DNA of 64,000 nt from Bigelowiella natans CCMP2755 (Eukaryota; Protista; Cercozoa). Made by a program: the position numbers and the translations under genes. The stretch's first letter is position 1, and each line of letters starts with the position of its first letter. The DNA lies in the NCBI GenBank assembly GCA_000320545.1, contig ADNK01001691.1, positions 1-64,000 of the forward strand. The letters are read 5' to 3'. A model generated the notes under the pieces. It had not been told where the DNA came from and did no database searches. It saw only the letters and a list, made by a program, of their open reading frames with translations. This document shows positions 63,501 to 64,000 of the stretch, piece by piece.

Positions 63501-64000
63501 AGATCCCGGGAGAAGACTCCTTCTTCTCTTATTCCCCGACGTTGTCCCTAAATAGTTTTCGGATAATGTTAGCCATAGCATCTATCCTCAAGCTAAAACT
63601 ACACGGGATAGATATACTTACAGCTTTCCTAACTGGAAAGATGGACTGTAAAGTATACATGGAAATACCTAAAGGGTGGAAGCCGAAGACACCTGATGAA
63701 ATCCGGCTATACAACAGTGGCCTTCCACTAGCCCTACTGGTAAATAAAAGCATTTATGGGCTGACACAAGCAAGTGCAATATTCAGCCTTACCTTGCTCG
63801 AGCATCTCAACGCCATTGGCTTCGTCCAGCTTTACTCCGATCCTTGCCTAATGATAATGCACAGACAAGGAAGAATCATCATATTGTCATGTTTCGTGGA
63901 TGACATATGCATAGCATATCAAGATAAGAAAGACCTGGACTTTGTCATGAAGCGAATAGGCGACAAGTTTGAGTTTCGCGATGAAGGCGAGCTAAAGAAA
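60502..64000 (+). CDS. Copia Gag-Pol polyprotein (one extra A near the start; apparently open to the window end)
   Basis: YDGSNY; CHYCGKKGHWEKEC; LLDSGANNH; IHSDV, RSDGGGEY, TPEQNGMSER; SKWVFKKK, YKSRLVARGFTQ, KSIYGLTQA, FVDD. Confidence 0.92.

Larger units (their letters stand above)
59921..64000 (+). mobile_element. Ty1/Copia LTR retrotransposon, 5' part; continues beyond the window
   Basis: Domain order gag-PR-IN-RT; putative LTR 59921-60318 with imperfect terminal inverted repeat (TGTCAGCGG...CCGCTAAAA); LTR start tentative. Confidence 0.92.

Overview
Intron-rich nuclear DNA from a unicellular eukaryote (GT-AG introns full of AT/AC/AG microsatellites). The organism cannot be named from the sequence. 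Host genes: a CIA30-domain protein, a HAD-like domain fused to a cold-shock domain, MAM33/C1QBP, a triple matrin-type zinc-finger protein, a RING-H2 E3 ligase, an EF-hand coiled-coil protein, a TLDc protein, V-ATPase subunit E, an atypical Rho GTPase, a DUF3291 protein, a SPRY protein, prohibitin and several orphans. Three LTR retrotransposons are present: two near-identical young Ty3/Gypsy copies in inverted orientation (4232-7866, internally deleted; 53226-59092, full length with a 151-bp duplication) and a Ty1/Copia element running off the right end. Most notable observations: (1) discrete tracts in which TpA is almost erased (apparently converted to TpG/CpA/CpG, with CTAG spared), consistent with a repeat-directed A:T->G:C hypermutation opposite in direction to RIP, which seems to have hit the Copia PBS and TATA region; (2) a degenerate Dam/DIRS-type N6-adenine methyltransferase-like domain at the C-terminus of the Gypsy integrase, with both Gypsy copies inserted in TpA-erased tracts; (3) a 14-unit heat-shock-element array in the Copia LTR. 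Domain calls are by-eye motif recognition, counts are manual, and exon boundaries are approximate.
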